A stretch of DNA of 63,977 bases, filler included, from Octopus bimaculoides (lineage: Eukaryota): assembly GCF_001194135.2 (NCBI RefSeq). It is 3 parts of 3 records of this genome, joined end to end, with 100 filler letters (N's around TTAATTAATTAA, not from the genome) between each part and the next. Parts side by side here need not be neighbours in the genome. Positions count along the whole stretch, not along the records: positions 38,110 to 63,977 come from NC_068993.1; 2 more parts are not named here. One strand, written 5' to 3'. The translations under genes were made by a program, and so were the position numbers. A model generated the notes under the pieces. The model saw only the letters and a program-made list of their open reading frames with translations, was not told where the DNA came from and did not search any database. Below, piece by piece: positions 51,901-63,977 of this stretch (its first letter is position 1; each line of letters starts with the position of its first letter).

Positions 51901-54900
51901 GTAGATGACATGTTTTGTGCGTAATATAAAAATAACGTCATCGTAAGCAGATGAAATTTAAACACAGGCACACACACACACACACACGCACTCACTAACC
52001 CACACACATGCACGCACACATATAAAAACGTTTGTATTTCTATTTTCGAGGAAAGAGTTGGTTTTTGTCTTCACTATTACTCGGAGTTTTAGACAGGCAA
52101 ACTATACGTGCCTTCTGTCGGTCAATATATAATGAAAAAGATATTTCCATTTAGCACTTTATATCTCTATTTTTAATCGCCAATACTTGTTATGGGATTG
52201 AATGATATGTTAACCGAGGGTGTATTAACTATTATAATCCAAAGAAACAATTCTAACCATTCCTGGCTTGTAGTTATCAAGAGCAATTACTCTACAGTGT
52301 CATCTCATAGTTAAGAATTTGACTGGTTTAACCGGGAAGTTGTCCGGAAGAAAAACATGTCCTGGTACAGATGTTGATAATCCGTCTTGCCTCAGATTAA
52401 GTTATATAGCCGGCTGCTTTTGATATCTGAGACATTTTCTTTAGACAAACCTTGCAGTTTCATAATCCATTGAAGTAACACAAGACTGGTCGACGACACT
52501 CGAAGATACTGGAAGCCATTTCGATCCTCAGTTGCTTCATGAATTCCGAGGCGAATCGGAACGATGTTTTTCTTATTACTCATCTAAATGTTGGAAATAT
52601 TGATACAGAAGAGTGTTTGTGAATAGAAGCTGGTTATACAACTGTACGGAAGAGGCAGACACTTCAGTCTGCTGTTAGATGGCTTTCAGAGATTTAGAGT
52701 TTAGAGTTGTGGATATAACTTTATTCTCTGCATATCTTCTGACTGATTACTCGTATTATTTACTTCTAAACAACTCTACGTAACAATGAAGAGAATGAAC
52801 AGCTATTTCCTAAAATATGAAGGAATATGTATATGCGTGCATCAGTTTATATGCTAATTTTTTAGCGCTTTAATTTTGCATAGCACGAGGGTTCAGAATT
52901 GAAACATCACACCGAAAGTCATTCGATATAATATTCGATATTCCATTAAGAAAGAAAGAAAATACAAAAAAAAACCCCCACAAAAATGAATCGCTCTCGC
53001 GAATTACTTATTTCAAGAGTTCAGTGTCTTTCAACGTTTCATGCATTATCGCAACATTGCATTTGAAATGAAATATACTTCAAGATGAACGAAAAGGAAA
53101 ATATGATTTCAATATTGATTTCTTTTTTGTCGAAGAAGTATTAATACCGCATAATTCATTTAGTTTAGTGTTTCAATTCGGGGCTTTTAATTGAAAAATA
53201 TATTAAAATGAAATTAATCGACTCTGTTGTATCCCATGTGAATATTTGAGTGCAAAAGCGCAAGTTGCACGAAATATTTATCATTTATAATTTGTCTTGT
53301 AGTGTACATCAGTTAATAAAAGGTTTATTATATTTATTTCTTAATGTTGGTAGGCAGAAAAATGGAAAGCTTGAATCTACTTGCATAAATTACTGAAAGA
53401 AAAACCTGGTGAATATAGCTCTAATGCCAAATATGGAAATGCATCTAATTTGTTACGGAACTCTGTGATGAGGTGGAACAACTGAAAACTTTCTTTATCG
53501 ATGTAATGGCAGATTCCATCTAAATAGCACACAATTTAAAACAGAGACATAATTTGGAGTTCCCTTTCTATGAGTCTAGATAGGTTCAAGTTATTAGCTA
53601 CCTACTGGTTTGGCAACCGGAAAACATGGGGCATTCCGTTTAATAATATGTATAAGGAACAAGTTATACATTGTTAAATATACAGTAATTATATGATAAT
53701 AAAAGTAGCATATTTCAGAGATTTCAGAAACTGCCAGATTTCATATTGAGCTCTGGTGCAACCAAGTGCACTTGTATGGATATTTCTTTTTTGACACAGT
53801 GAGAGATGACGCATGAAGATGTACTGTGTGAATGCAATGGTAGCAGATAGTGAACAGTTTACAACACTAATATCCACAACTCTCAAACTCCCTTCCTCAC
53901 TATATAATTCTTCTTCCGTCAATACTACGCCCGGAAAAAATTGTAATCGAACAGAATGGTAACTTCATGCTCTTGATTACTACTTCTGCATTTCATGTCC
54001 TAACTTTGATGCGCAGATGTATGGGTGAGAGTGAATTTCACCATTTCTGCTTGCTACAATATTGTGCCCGTTTTAAGTACCAGACAGGTCAGTTCGTTCA
54101 TCTTGGCGCATTTAACAGTGATTACATTTCCTTATAGTTTTGAAACGTTTTTTTTCCCAGCTACTCTTTTGAAGTCAACTAAAATTAACTGCCATTACTC
54201 AGTATAGACATACACATAGCTCTTCTTGAAAATCTTGACTATACTCCAGAATAATGAACGCATATTCTTGTTTCACTATTTTCTCCCAGGCTGCTTCCTC
54301 TCACGTGATTGTAGTCTAAGCTATCAGTTGCACTAGAAATATAGGCAAAACCTCCATTCTAAAAAAGTAGTGTTGCTGACATTTTTGTATGAATTACTTA
54401 TCATGGTCGTTGTTTTCGTTTCCAACACCATCTTTCAGTTGTTGTTCTCGTTGCGTCAGTTTTAATAGTGATGTTACGATAATTTTTTTCCTCATTGACT
54501 TCTGATATATGAGTGTTTGTGTCTGTCATAATGTTCATTTGCATTTCCTGTCTGTGAAATGTATCATCAATTTTTATAGTCGGAGAATCGACGTGTTGCT
54601 TGTGACGTTCTTTTGTGAAGTGCTTGCCAACGAAATACGCAGTACATACATGGCTAAATAACAGAACTTAAATCATACCTCAAACTGGAAAGCGCACAAA
54701 TATAGAGAATGCCAAAGTAAAATATTCCAAGAAGGAATTAAATGAAATGAATATTCTCTTTCAGAAACTTAGTGGTATTAACCCCAGATCATCGCAGCTC
54801 GTAAAAGTAGTCTTGCTACGGAAAGATAAGATAACTTCATATTTTTCAAATAGACACAATGTCTGAAATTTAGGAACAGAATTTAGTCGTTTAAATTGGC

Positions 54901-55823
54901 TTCAGTAAAATCCCGGTTGGAAGAAAAACCAAGGTGATTTCAATGGTATTTGAACTTCATAACTTGCCAGGGGAAACCACTTCTCTGCACGTTCTGCTTG
55001 CAATTTCCTTCAGTCAATTTTGGAAGATTATATCATTTTCACTGTTCCTATAGTTCACTTTGTTCGTGAACGACAACTGGTCATATGTTCTGGTTTAAAA
55101 GCAAGTCTATTTGTTGTCCTTAATGATAGAACGGTGACGATCTAAGAGATAAAAACTCTCTCTCTCTACTGTCGTCATGTTTCGAACGACTTTTTGTTGG
55201 AAACTCGCAAATGTTTCTAACAGTATGTATAAGGCAGCAATCCGTTGTGCACATATGCCAGCTCCGCTATGATCCTATGCTACGACAGGTCATGGGCCAA
55301 CACCATCAATAATATCTTTCCTTCTAACCATCTTGCTGTGTAACCCCTGTTATGCGGAACCAACCTCTGGACAAATGTCCATGTGCCGTTCCTGTTCAGC
55401 CTAGTCCATTGCCTTAACCTGAGGTTTGAAAACATAGTAACAGAGTATATGGTACCTGAAACTCTATTCCATGAAATAAAGGAGATACCTCTTTACATAT
55501 CGTCAAGTTCTTTTGGCTACAGAACTCAGTTCAGGCAGAGAGTTTTAGTAACATGTATCAACCACTCATTGCATTTCTCTAATCACTCGCTCATATTGAA
55601 TTTTTCTTTATAGATAGCAAATGAAGCTGTAGATTTCCTCGTGACGTGTGTTGACAAAATAAACATTTCAACTCCTGAAATATTTCCATACAAACTGCAT
55701 GCATACACATACATGCACACATGCAAATCCTCACACTTAGGCACAATTACACACACTTATATTGTATGTACAGGTATATATTGAGGGATAGATAGGTAAG
55801 TAAGTAACTAGATGAATAGATAA

Positions 55824-55888
<65 letters not shown>

Positions 55889-55936
55889 CAGATAGATCGA
55901 TAGATAGACAGACAGACAGACAGACANNNNNNNNNN

Positions 55937-55998
<62 letters not shown>

Positions 55999-56633
55999 GG
56001 ATAGAAAAGTGATACGACATAATTATTTGGATGATCAGACATCTAATGTTTAGATGACAATCAAGCCTTCGATCCAGTCTGGGGAGAAAGATTGATCGAT
56101 ATCAGAACAACGAAAGGTGTAATATAATCAGCGATTATCCCCAACACTGCACGGGGCCCTGAAATTATTCTCGAAAGGTGAATGACAGACATGTACTTCT
56201 TGTCAGATCATCTGTCTAGGTCAAGGATACTCAGATGGAAAAATGTTTAAATCCGTCAGATTCTGCTCATTCCACCATATTTTGGTCCAGGAAGAAGAAC
56301 AGCTGTTCCAGCTATAAAGGGCACGCCTCATTCACTTTGATTGATTCCACGCAGTAAAAATTGATAGAAAAGTGGTATCAAATCAGTCTTTGTTTTAATA
56401 TGCGTCAGCGACAAGCCGCCACCACTGTAGTTTCAATTTGGAAGCTCCTGAGAGTACACGGTAAGTTTGGCTTAGATGTAAACAAGCACACTTCTCTAGT
56501 CGCTTGCAAGGTAGCATCTTAACGTGCTTCAGCAGTTTATGTGGTTACAGTCTGTCTAAAAAGTATGAATGTACTCGGAAACGAATTGACTTAAGCCATC
56601 CATCCATCCATCCATCCATCCATACATCCATCC

Positions 56634-56703
<70 letters not shown>

Positions 56704-57811
56704 AAGCCTGTTATCGTTAAGCATATCATGCTCGACTAACCATATGAAAATATCCCGACTAAATTCTGATATAACTGGTTGAAACAAATATTTAATCAAG
56801 TAATTCAACGAAAGTAGGCGGAAGGCCATTGTTGTTATTGAAATATGCTCTTTGAAATCAATTAGACGTATTTCATCAACCATTTTACTATAATGAAATC
56901 AGTTCATATGGAAAAATCTCATTTTCCTTTTAATATGTTGCAAGGGAATCGAATGGAAGTTCACATGTCCTTTTCCACTGTGTTTTTTGGCTGGCGAATT
57001 GCATTAAATATGTCTGTGGCTTTTTGTATTAATCGATAATAATAATAGTAGTAGTGTCGATGCATGAGGGATTGTAGTGTCATATATCATGTAACATATC
57101 CTTTATCTGTAACGGTGGAAGTAATGGGATGTATGATAATACCGGATCTGATTTCATTAGTCTTTGTCACTGGATGATGGTGACTTATATATATTATATA
57201 TATTATATATTATATATTATATATATATACATATATATANNNNNNNNNNNNNNNNNNNNNNNNNNNNNNNNNNNNNNNNNNNNNNNNNNNNNNNNNNNNN
57301 NNNNNNNNNNNNNNNNNNNNNNNNNNNNNNNNNNNNNNNNNNNNNNNNNNNNNNNNNNNNNNNNNNNNNNNNNNNNNNNNNNNNNNNNNNNNNNNNNNNN
57401 NNNNNNNNNNNNNNNNNNNNNNNNNNNNNNNNNNNNNNNNNNNNNNNNNNNNNNNNNNNNNNNNNNNNNNNNNNNNNNNNNNNNNNNNNNNNNNNNNNNN
57501 NNNNNNNNNNNNNNNNNNNNNNNNNNNNNNNNNNNNNNNNNNNNNNNNNNNNNNNNNNNNNNNNNNNNNNNNNNNNNNNNNNNNNNNNNNNNNNNNNNNN
57601 NNNNNNNNNNNNNNNNNNNNNNNNNNNNNNNNNNNNNNNNNNNNNNNNNNNNNNNNNNNNNNNNNNNNNNNNNNNNNNNNNNNNNNNNNNNNNNNNNNNN
57701 NNNNNNNNNNNNNNNNNNNNNNNNNNNNNNNNNNNNNNNNNNNNNNNNNNNNNNNNNNNNNNNNNNNNNNNNNNNNNNNNNNNNNNNNNNNNNNNNNNNN
57801 NNNNNNNNNNN

Positions 57812-57846
<35 letters not shown>

Positions 57847-59609
57847 GGGCCTCAAAGTAGTTCACAGACACGGATTAGACACGCACACAAACGCACACTT
57901 TTACAAATTACAAATACGAATATGTATCGATAGATCTTGGATAGAATGCTTAGCAATATAAGCCCGAAATATTTTCACAGTGTGTTCACATCCGGTTGAG
58001 ATCAACTTTGTCTTCCATTCATCCGGAGTCTATAAATATACTATTATAAATGACATACTGGTATTTATTTAGTTGTCATTTCTTTTTTACTTCATACTGG
58101 CAACTCTTAACTCTTTACTACTTCAAAGCTGTGATAGTCTTTGCTCTTCCTTTGGCTATCTTTCAAAGAGATTGTAGAAGAAAGCTGCTACATGACCAAC
58201 TGCTAGTCTTCCATATGGCATTAACCTGGCCTACAATCAAGAGAATAAATTCTAATATTGCGTCCCCACTCTCTGCCAACAAAAACTGAATCAACGTAGT
58301 ACACGCATTCAGATCCACGTACTTTAAAGACATAAAGATGCCAAAGAAATTTATATACGTACAGATATGGGTATATTTACTTTGTTAGTCTTTTACTTTT
58401 TTCAGTCCTTAGATCGTTGTTATGAGCGAGATCCTACTCTGAAGGGAGAATGCAAATTTGGATGTTTATTTGTCCCCAACTTTACAGCAATGCATTTGCC
58501 CACTTGCAGCTGGATTTGCAATACTACACGATGCCCAGATTGCAGGAACAGGACTCTTTTGACCCTAAGGTACAACGTCTTGCAGCCTGTGTATTTTAAC
58601 ATAGTAACTTACTACAAGTTTGCATATATGTCACAGATATAAACAACAGGAGACCAAGAACAGATCCTGCCGTACAGCGCATGTAAGCGCATAACATGCA
58701 TAATGTTGCCATAAGACCATAACTAACACTTTTCGTCTTCATCCCGTATTAAACATTAACTCCCTATGCATATTGCAGAAAGTTTGGGCATTAAGTCGTT
58801 TGTATGGGCACTCAAAGCGTGAAAACGGACGAAATGCCACCAAGCATTTCGCTCGGCCTGCTAACGCGTCCGCCAGTTCTCCGCCTTTAGTATGTCCAAT
58901 ATCGACCGTGAAAAATCTCAACAAATATTATTTACGTCTGCATGTATATATATTGTAATCGGTATGAAACATGCAGAATACTGGAGCACTTTATAGCTCA
59001 CTAAACAATATATTAATTATCCTATTTAATACGAATAGTTTTTAGATTCTAACTATTTGTCGAATCAATGGGAAAAGAGAGGCGCTTCAGTAATTTTTTG
59101 GTTTAACGTGTCTCAGCAGATTTTTCTATGATGCTTACGTTCAGCTTTAACTTGCTATTTGAAATTTGTGTATAATTTCTTGGAAAGGTCAGCAGTGCCA
59201 ATGGACAAATTCTTCTGATCATGGCTGTTCAAGAATTGATTTTATACTTTGTGCTAATGCAATGGATAAAGAAATATTTATGCATATATAAACGAAGGCG
59301 TGTACTACACCGTATATTAGTCTCCATCCGATCTTTCTTAGCAGCACTGGATGTTTATGAAATTGGTCCAAACTATGCAAATGTCAGTACCTATAAAATT
59401 ATGTAAGCACACATGAGTTGTATGTGTGTGTGTGTCTGTGGGTGTCTGTGTGTATGTGTGTTTGCATGAGTGCGCATCTATACTTATTGCACTTTACATA
59501 TAATGTACATTGCTGCGGGCTTCTTTGTCTATGCATGTACGCATTTAACTGCAATTTAATGTTCACACCCATACACATAAATACAAACACAAACACACAC
59601 ACACTTACA

Positions 59610-59647
<38 letters not shown>

Positions 59648-59894
59648 CACGCACACACGCATAATCACACCTGCACAATTATGGATATACCTATACACAG
59701 TTACCTATATACACTTATCTATACATATCTTCATACAAATTTAAGGGAGATTCTAAATTATCACTCAATCTGCTAGAAATAGTAGTCAAATCTGTGCTAA
59801 CTCTGTTACGTCATCTCCATAAAAAGTAACAAGTCTTAGAAGTACAAGAAATAGAGTGACCAAGATAAAAATAGAATATAGTAGCTGGCCCTGT

Positions 59895-60044
59895 GCCGTC
59901 AAAAAAGACGGCCATTTGTAGAATTTGGTGGAGGTAAAGAATACGCATGCCACTCGTTTTCGGCGTAATCCTAACCTTAACTCTATACCTTAACCCTAAC
60001 CCCTAATCCTCACCCTAAACAACCGGGGTGCGTATTCTTTACCT
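59895..60044 (-). mobile_element. Small Helentron/HINE-like element with subTIRs, telomere-like array and 3' hairpin
   Basis: 16-bp perfect IR AGGTAAAGAATACGCA (59932-47) / TGCGTATTCTTTACCT (60029-44) flanking degenerate CCCTAA repeats; hairpin GCCGTC-AAAAAA-GACGGC at 59895-59912 outside one IR. Confidence 0.65.
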
Positions 60045-63000
60045 TTGTCGTAGTATTTTCTATATAAATAAGGCACAAAACCAAGTTTTTAGTTTAACGA
60101 TTCTTTAATTACCAAATGTTTTGTGAAAAATCTATCCGCAATTAACATATATATATATATATATATATATGCATATATATATATNNNNNNNNNNNNNNNN
60201 NNNNNNNNNNNNNNNNNNNNNNNNNNNNNNNNNNNNNNNNNNNNNNNNNNNNNNNNNNNNNNNNNNNNNNNNNNNNNNNNNNNNNNNNNNNNNNNNNGAG
60301 AGAGAGAGATAATGATAATAAGGAAATTATAATAAATAAAAGCAAGCAGTTTTGTTTTAGTATTTTGAATCCTCCAGAATCCAACGAATTATTTTACCGC
60401 AATCTACCTGAAAAATTATATAAACATTTTTCATGTACGACGATTTTCCCAAAGGCCTTGGATACTTAATTTACCGGATTTTCTGCCAGAAGAACTGTGA
60501 TTTTTTTCTTGTATCACTAATAATATTGGATGTTATTTATGCAGCAATATTTTGACATTTTTTTTTGTTATATTTTTAAATAACACTTTTCTCACATTCG
60601 CTAACTCTCTTTGCAATATCCTGTGCTGCATTTCCGTTATAAATCTTCCTGGATTTCAAAAATACAATATACCTGACATTTTTACTTCCAGCAATATTTG
60701 TCATATATCCGATTATTTGTTTTTTACACAGCAAATAACGATTTATTTAAAATTCTCAACAGAATCAAATTTAACAATTTCACTATCATTGAAGATAGTA
60801 TTTCTAAAGTTGGTGCCATATAGAAACATTTCCAGATCAACATTTCAAATATATTTGTATTTTTGCAGATTGAGCTAATGCCTTGCTATCAATCGCTATG
60901 TTGATTTTAATCTGTATAAGGACTTTTATTGCTAAGGCTATCCCCAGAATTTATGACTGTCATCGTGTTTAAATAAATCGCCTCTTTCATATAAAGTAGA
61001 ACGGTAGGATCTCAAAACGTCATGGCATGACAAACATGATAATATGTTACTACACTCTATGTCAGTCCTTCAGTAACAGCTTCCACCCAGTTTCCTGTTA
61101 ATGATTTAATAATGATAGCTTCCACCCAGATACTTTGTTGATGATCTCATCCTTTATATCTCTCTTTTAATAATTTAGTTTTTGAAGTGGTGATTTATCC
61201 CATGACAAAATTCCATGGATTTAGATGCACCTTTAGCTACCTTTGCTCCAATCTCAAGTGCTAGCCACTGAAGATTTGATTTTGGTACTTTTACCTGAGA
61301 ATTGATCTCAGTGTCTGAACTACATTTTCTCTGCGTATAAGGAAAAGCCAAATACTAGGTAAAATTTTTCACTTCTCTATAAAAAGAAAAAAGAAAAGTG
61401 ATTTATGTTTAAATAGCTTTTAAAAAACATGTTACTTTACGGGAACTAAAACAGCACTTGAACGAATACTACTGAAAAGCGCTGCTATCGAGTGTTCTGA
61501 AAAAGTGAAGCCAGTCACTGTTCTCGCTCATTATCCAACTTAACAACTTCATCACCTTAAAGTTATAAATAACAGAAATAATTTTTGCACCTGTCGCTAC
61601 CCTAACATGCACTTTTTAAATGTAAAACAGTTTCAATTTTACCAAACATGCCTCCACATAAATATTTCGTTTGGTTTAAGCTTCTTCACAATGACTACAT
61701 ATGTAGTCGAAACAATGTCTTTGATGTCTTTTCTAATATTAGCCATTTAGGCATTCCCAATGACTGTGCACGGTACAGGTTTCAAACCTCAATTTGTGTA
61801 CGAGACACATAGTTTCTTTTGCTTTTGAAAGTTTTAGATTATTTTATATACTGTTCCTCTTTCGCATTGATATATAAATATTCTGCTTCCAAAGGGCCAC
61901 AGCCATATGGCTGAAACAAATAAATGCCACATTTTGTATGTTGTTTAGTGATTAGATGTATATTTAAATGTATTCCGGCACTGACTGACCAATGATTTTT
62001 CTTTTCCTTTTTTTTTATTAAATCACCGTATGATTAAAAGATTTGGTTGCTATTTCTTGCGAGTTGAACCTGTAGAGACTGTTGCGACAGTTCGATATTT
62101 TGTTTGTTATTTCTCCAAGAAAGATCTTCTTTTCTAGAGATCTCGTATAAAAATTCTATTTACTCTAGAGCACGTCTACTTCTTTAGTTGTATTTTCTAC
62201 TATTTTCTTAAAACTTATTCTATTGAAATGGGTTTAATAATTTTTTTTTCCTTTCAGTATCACTTTATAATCTTTTTATAATTCTTTTTATCTTTCTACA
62301 ATTCATATCACATTTTTAAAATCTTTATATTAATATTTATATTATACTTTCTGAAGAATGTTTACATTTTATATTTCTTGATATTTTCTCATTTAATTCG
62401 AATATTTTTTATATATTGCGATATCCTTTACTCACTTCATCTTTTAAAATTTTTGTCTCAAAACTGTTTCCGTTTTATATTGTTTATGTGCTCAATAAAT
62501 TTTGTTATAACACAAAATGTAATATAAATTAGCCTGAGTTAAATCGTTTGTGTCTTTAATTATTTCTAGTATAATTGTTATCTTGTTTCCTTCTATTTTA
62601 TTACCTAAAAATTTTGTGGATCTTAATTGTTATAAGTTTTATTTCATTAAGCTCTCATATATTTTCTTTAATAATATCTTTCTTTCCACTACTTCTGCCT
62701 AAGAATTCGATTATTCTCTTAAATATTACGATACTACATCATAATACTTCTGATTCTACCTTCATTCGTTTTTGAGCATATTCTATTATTCCTCAAGTAC
62801 GTGTATTTGTTGATGTACACATCCTAACAGTGTGTTTTGCAAGTTCTTATGTTTTCTAATTCATCTGTTCGTTTTCTTTTTCTATTTATATTTGCGTTTG
62901 ATCACATTATTTAAAGAAACAACTGTAAATTTGTTTGCTCTTTCTTTGCCTTTGTGAATAGTTAATCTGAATAAAAAAGTATAAAATATTCGTTGAACTC

Positions 63001-63929
63001 TGAGCTTGTTGAGGAGACGGTGACAACGAAAAAAATCTCTTTGCTTCTCTTACCTGCTAGAAATACCATTTAAATTCCTCGTGTATCACGACCAAACACC
63101 TTACAAAATGAAGAAGATGCAGTAATGTAGTTCTGAATACAATATATGTTGGGCAAAAGTAAAAAAGGAAAGAAAAAAGTTATTGATGAGTATATCTTTG
63201 GCTGTTATTCTGTTCGATATAACTATTGCAGGCCTAAACAAGAAGAGAAACAAGATATGACCTTGTTACTGATGTTCTTTTAAAATTTTGTTGGAAGCAA
63301 AGTATTTAGTTTTGTTTAATGCTGAATGCATAGTTAAATCGATTTACCGAATTACTTGGAGCAATTTTTCGATATATTTCCCACGGATCATGTTATCAAT
63401 CAAACTAAATTTAATTCTTGCTATAATGTAGATTATATAATTCTTAAAGTCCTATAATTCTTTCACTATATAAATCTTCTAATCCTATTAGAGACTAGAG
63501 ATTTTGTTGAAATGCACTTAGTCTAGTATCAAAATCGTAAAAGTGTAACTATTGCATGAACTTGATGAAATTCGCAGGTTCGACATTATGACGAATAAAG
63601 TAAAATGTGAACTTGGATTTCATTCGTTTTCAGGTTCTTTTCACTTTCCCATATACGTTCCTCTAATGAGTCCTATTGAGGCAGAAACAAACGAGCACAG
63701 TTAACCACTTATCTCCAGAGAACAACCTGTCCTTTTCATTAATGGCATGTAAAATTTAAGAAATTATTAATTCTTGCAATTATTTGATTATTTCCTTCTC
63801 TAGAGCTGTTCTCAACAGCCATTTACGCCTCTCAAGGCAAAGGAAATTTTACTTAAACAACTGTGTATGCTATATGATATATGATGTAATTTGTCTACAT
63901 CGTGTGCGTATATATCTATACACACACAC

Positions 63930-63977
<48 letters not shown>

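Noticed and set aside
52515-52535. CTGAGGA-TC-GAAA on the minus strand
   Set aside because: Only 2 nt between the boxes and no supporting stems.
56409-56466. Strong donor CG|GTAAGT with a short upstream open frame
   Set aside because: The acceptor is weak and the peptide unrecognisable; an isolated donor-like site is expected by chance.

Overview
Eukaryotic, AT-rich, heavily gapped draft sequence (about 8 kb of N in about 20 gaps), saturated with microsatellites and interspersed repeats. The repeat landscape suggests a coleoid cephalopod (Octopus-like); that is an inference, not a database match. I can support no intact host protein-coding gene, rRNA, true tRNA or CRISPR array. Nearly all ORFs in the track are microsatellite or N-gap translations. 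Recognisable content: (1) a 5'-truncated, multiply disrupted HERO-type RT + restriction-like-endonuclease non-LTR element (about 41965-44740); (2) an R4/Dong-type 3' fragment abutting a (TAA)n tract; (3) fossil L1/Tx1, RTE and Penelope-like fragments; (4) about 25 copies of at least five SINE-like or LINE-tail families; (5) non-autonomous DNA elements: a Merlin-like MITE with an 8-bp TSD and an internal TTAGGG array, and two Helentron/HINE-like elements; (6) a ~150-bp tandem array; (7) two long fold-back palindromes. The most notable hand-read signal is a set of type I hammerhead-ribozyme motifs: four with complete or near-complete cores (1947-2034 +, 13923-13982 -, 20532-20595 -, 36725-36825 +) plus degenerate remnants. 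Two of them share an atypical U10.1-U11.1 apposition, a large loop II and covarying stems. All alignments and foldings were done by eye and need computational and biochemical confirmation.
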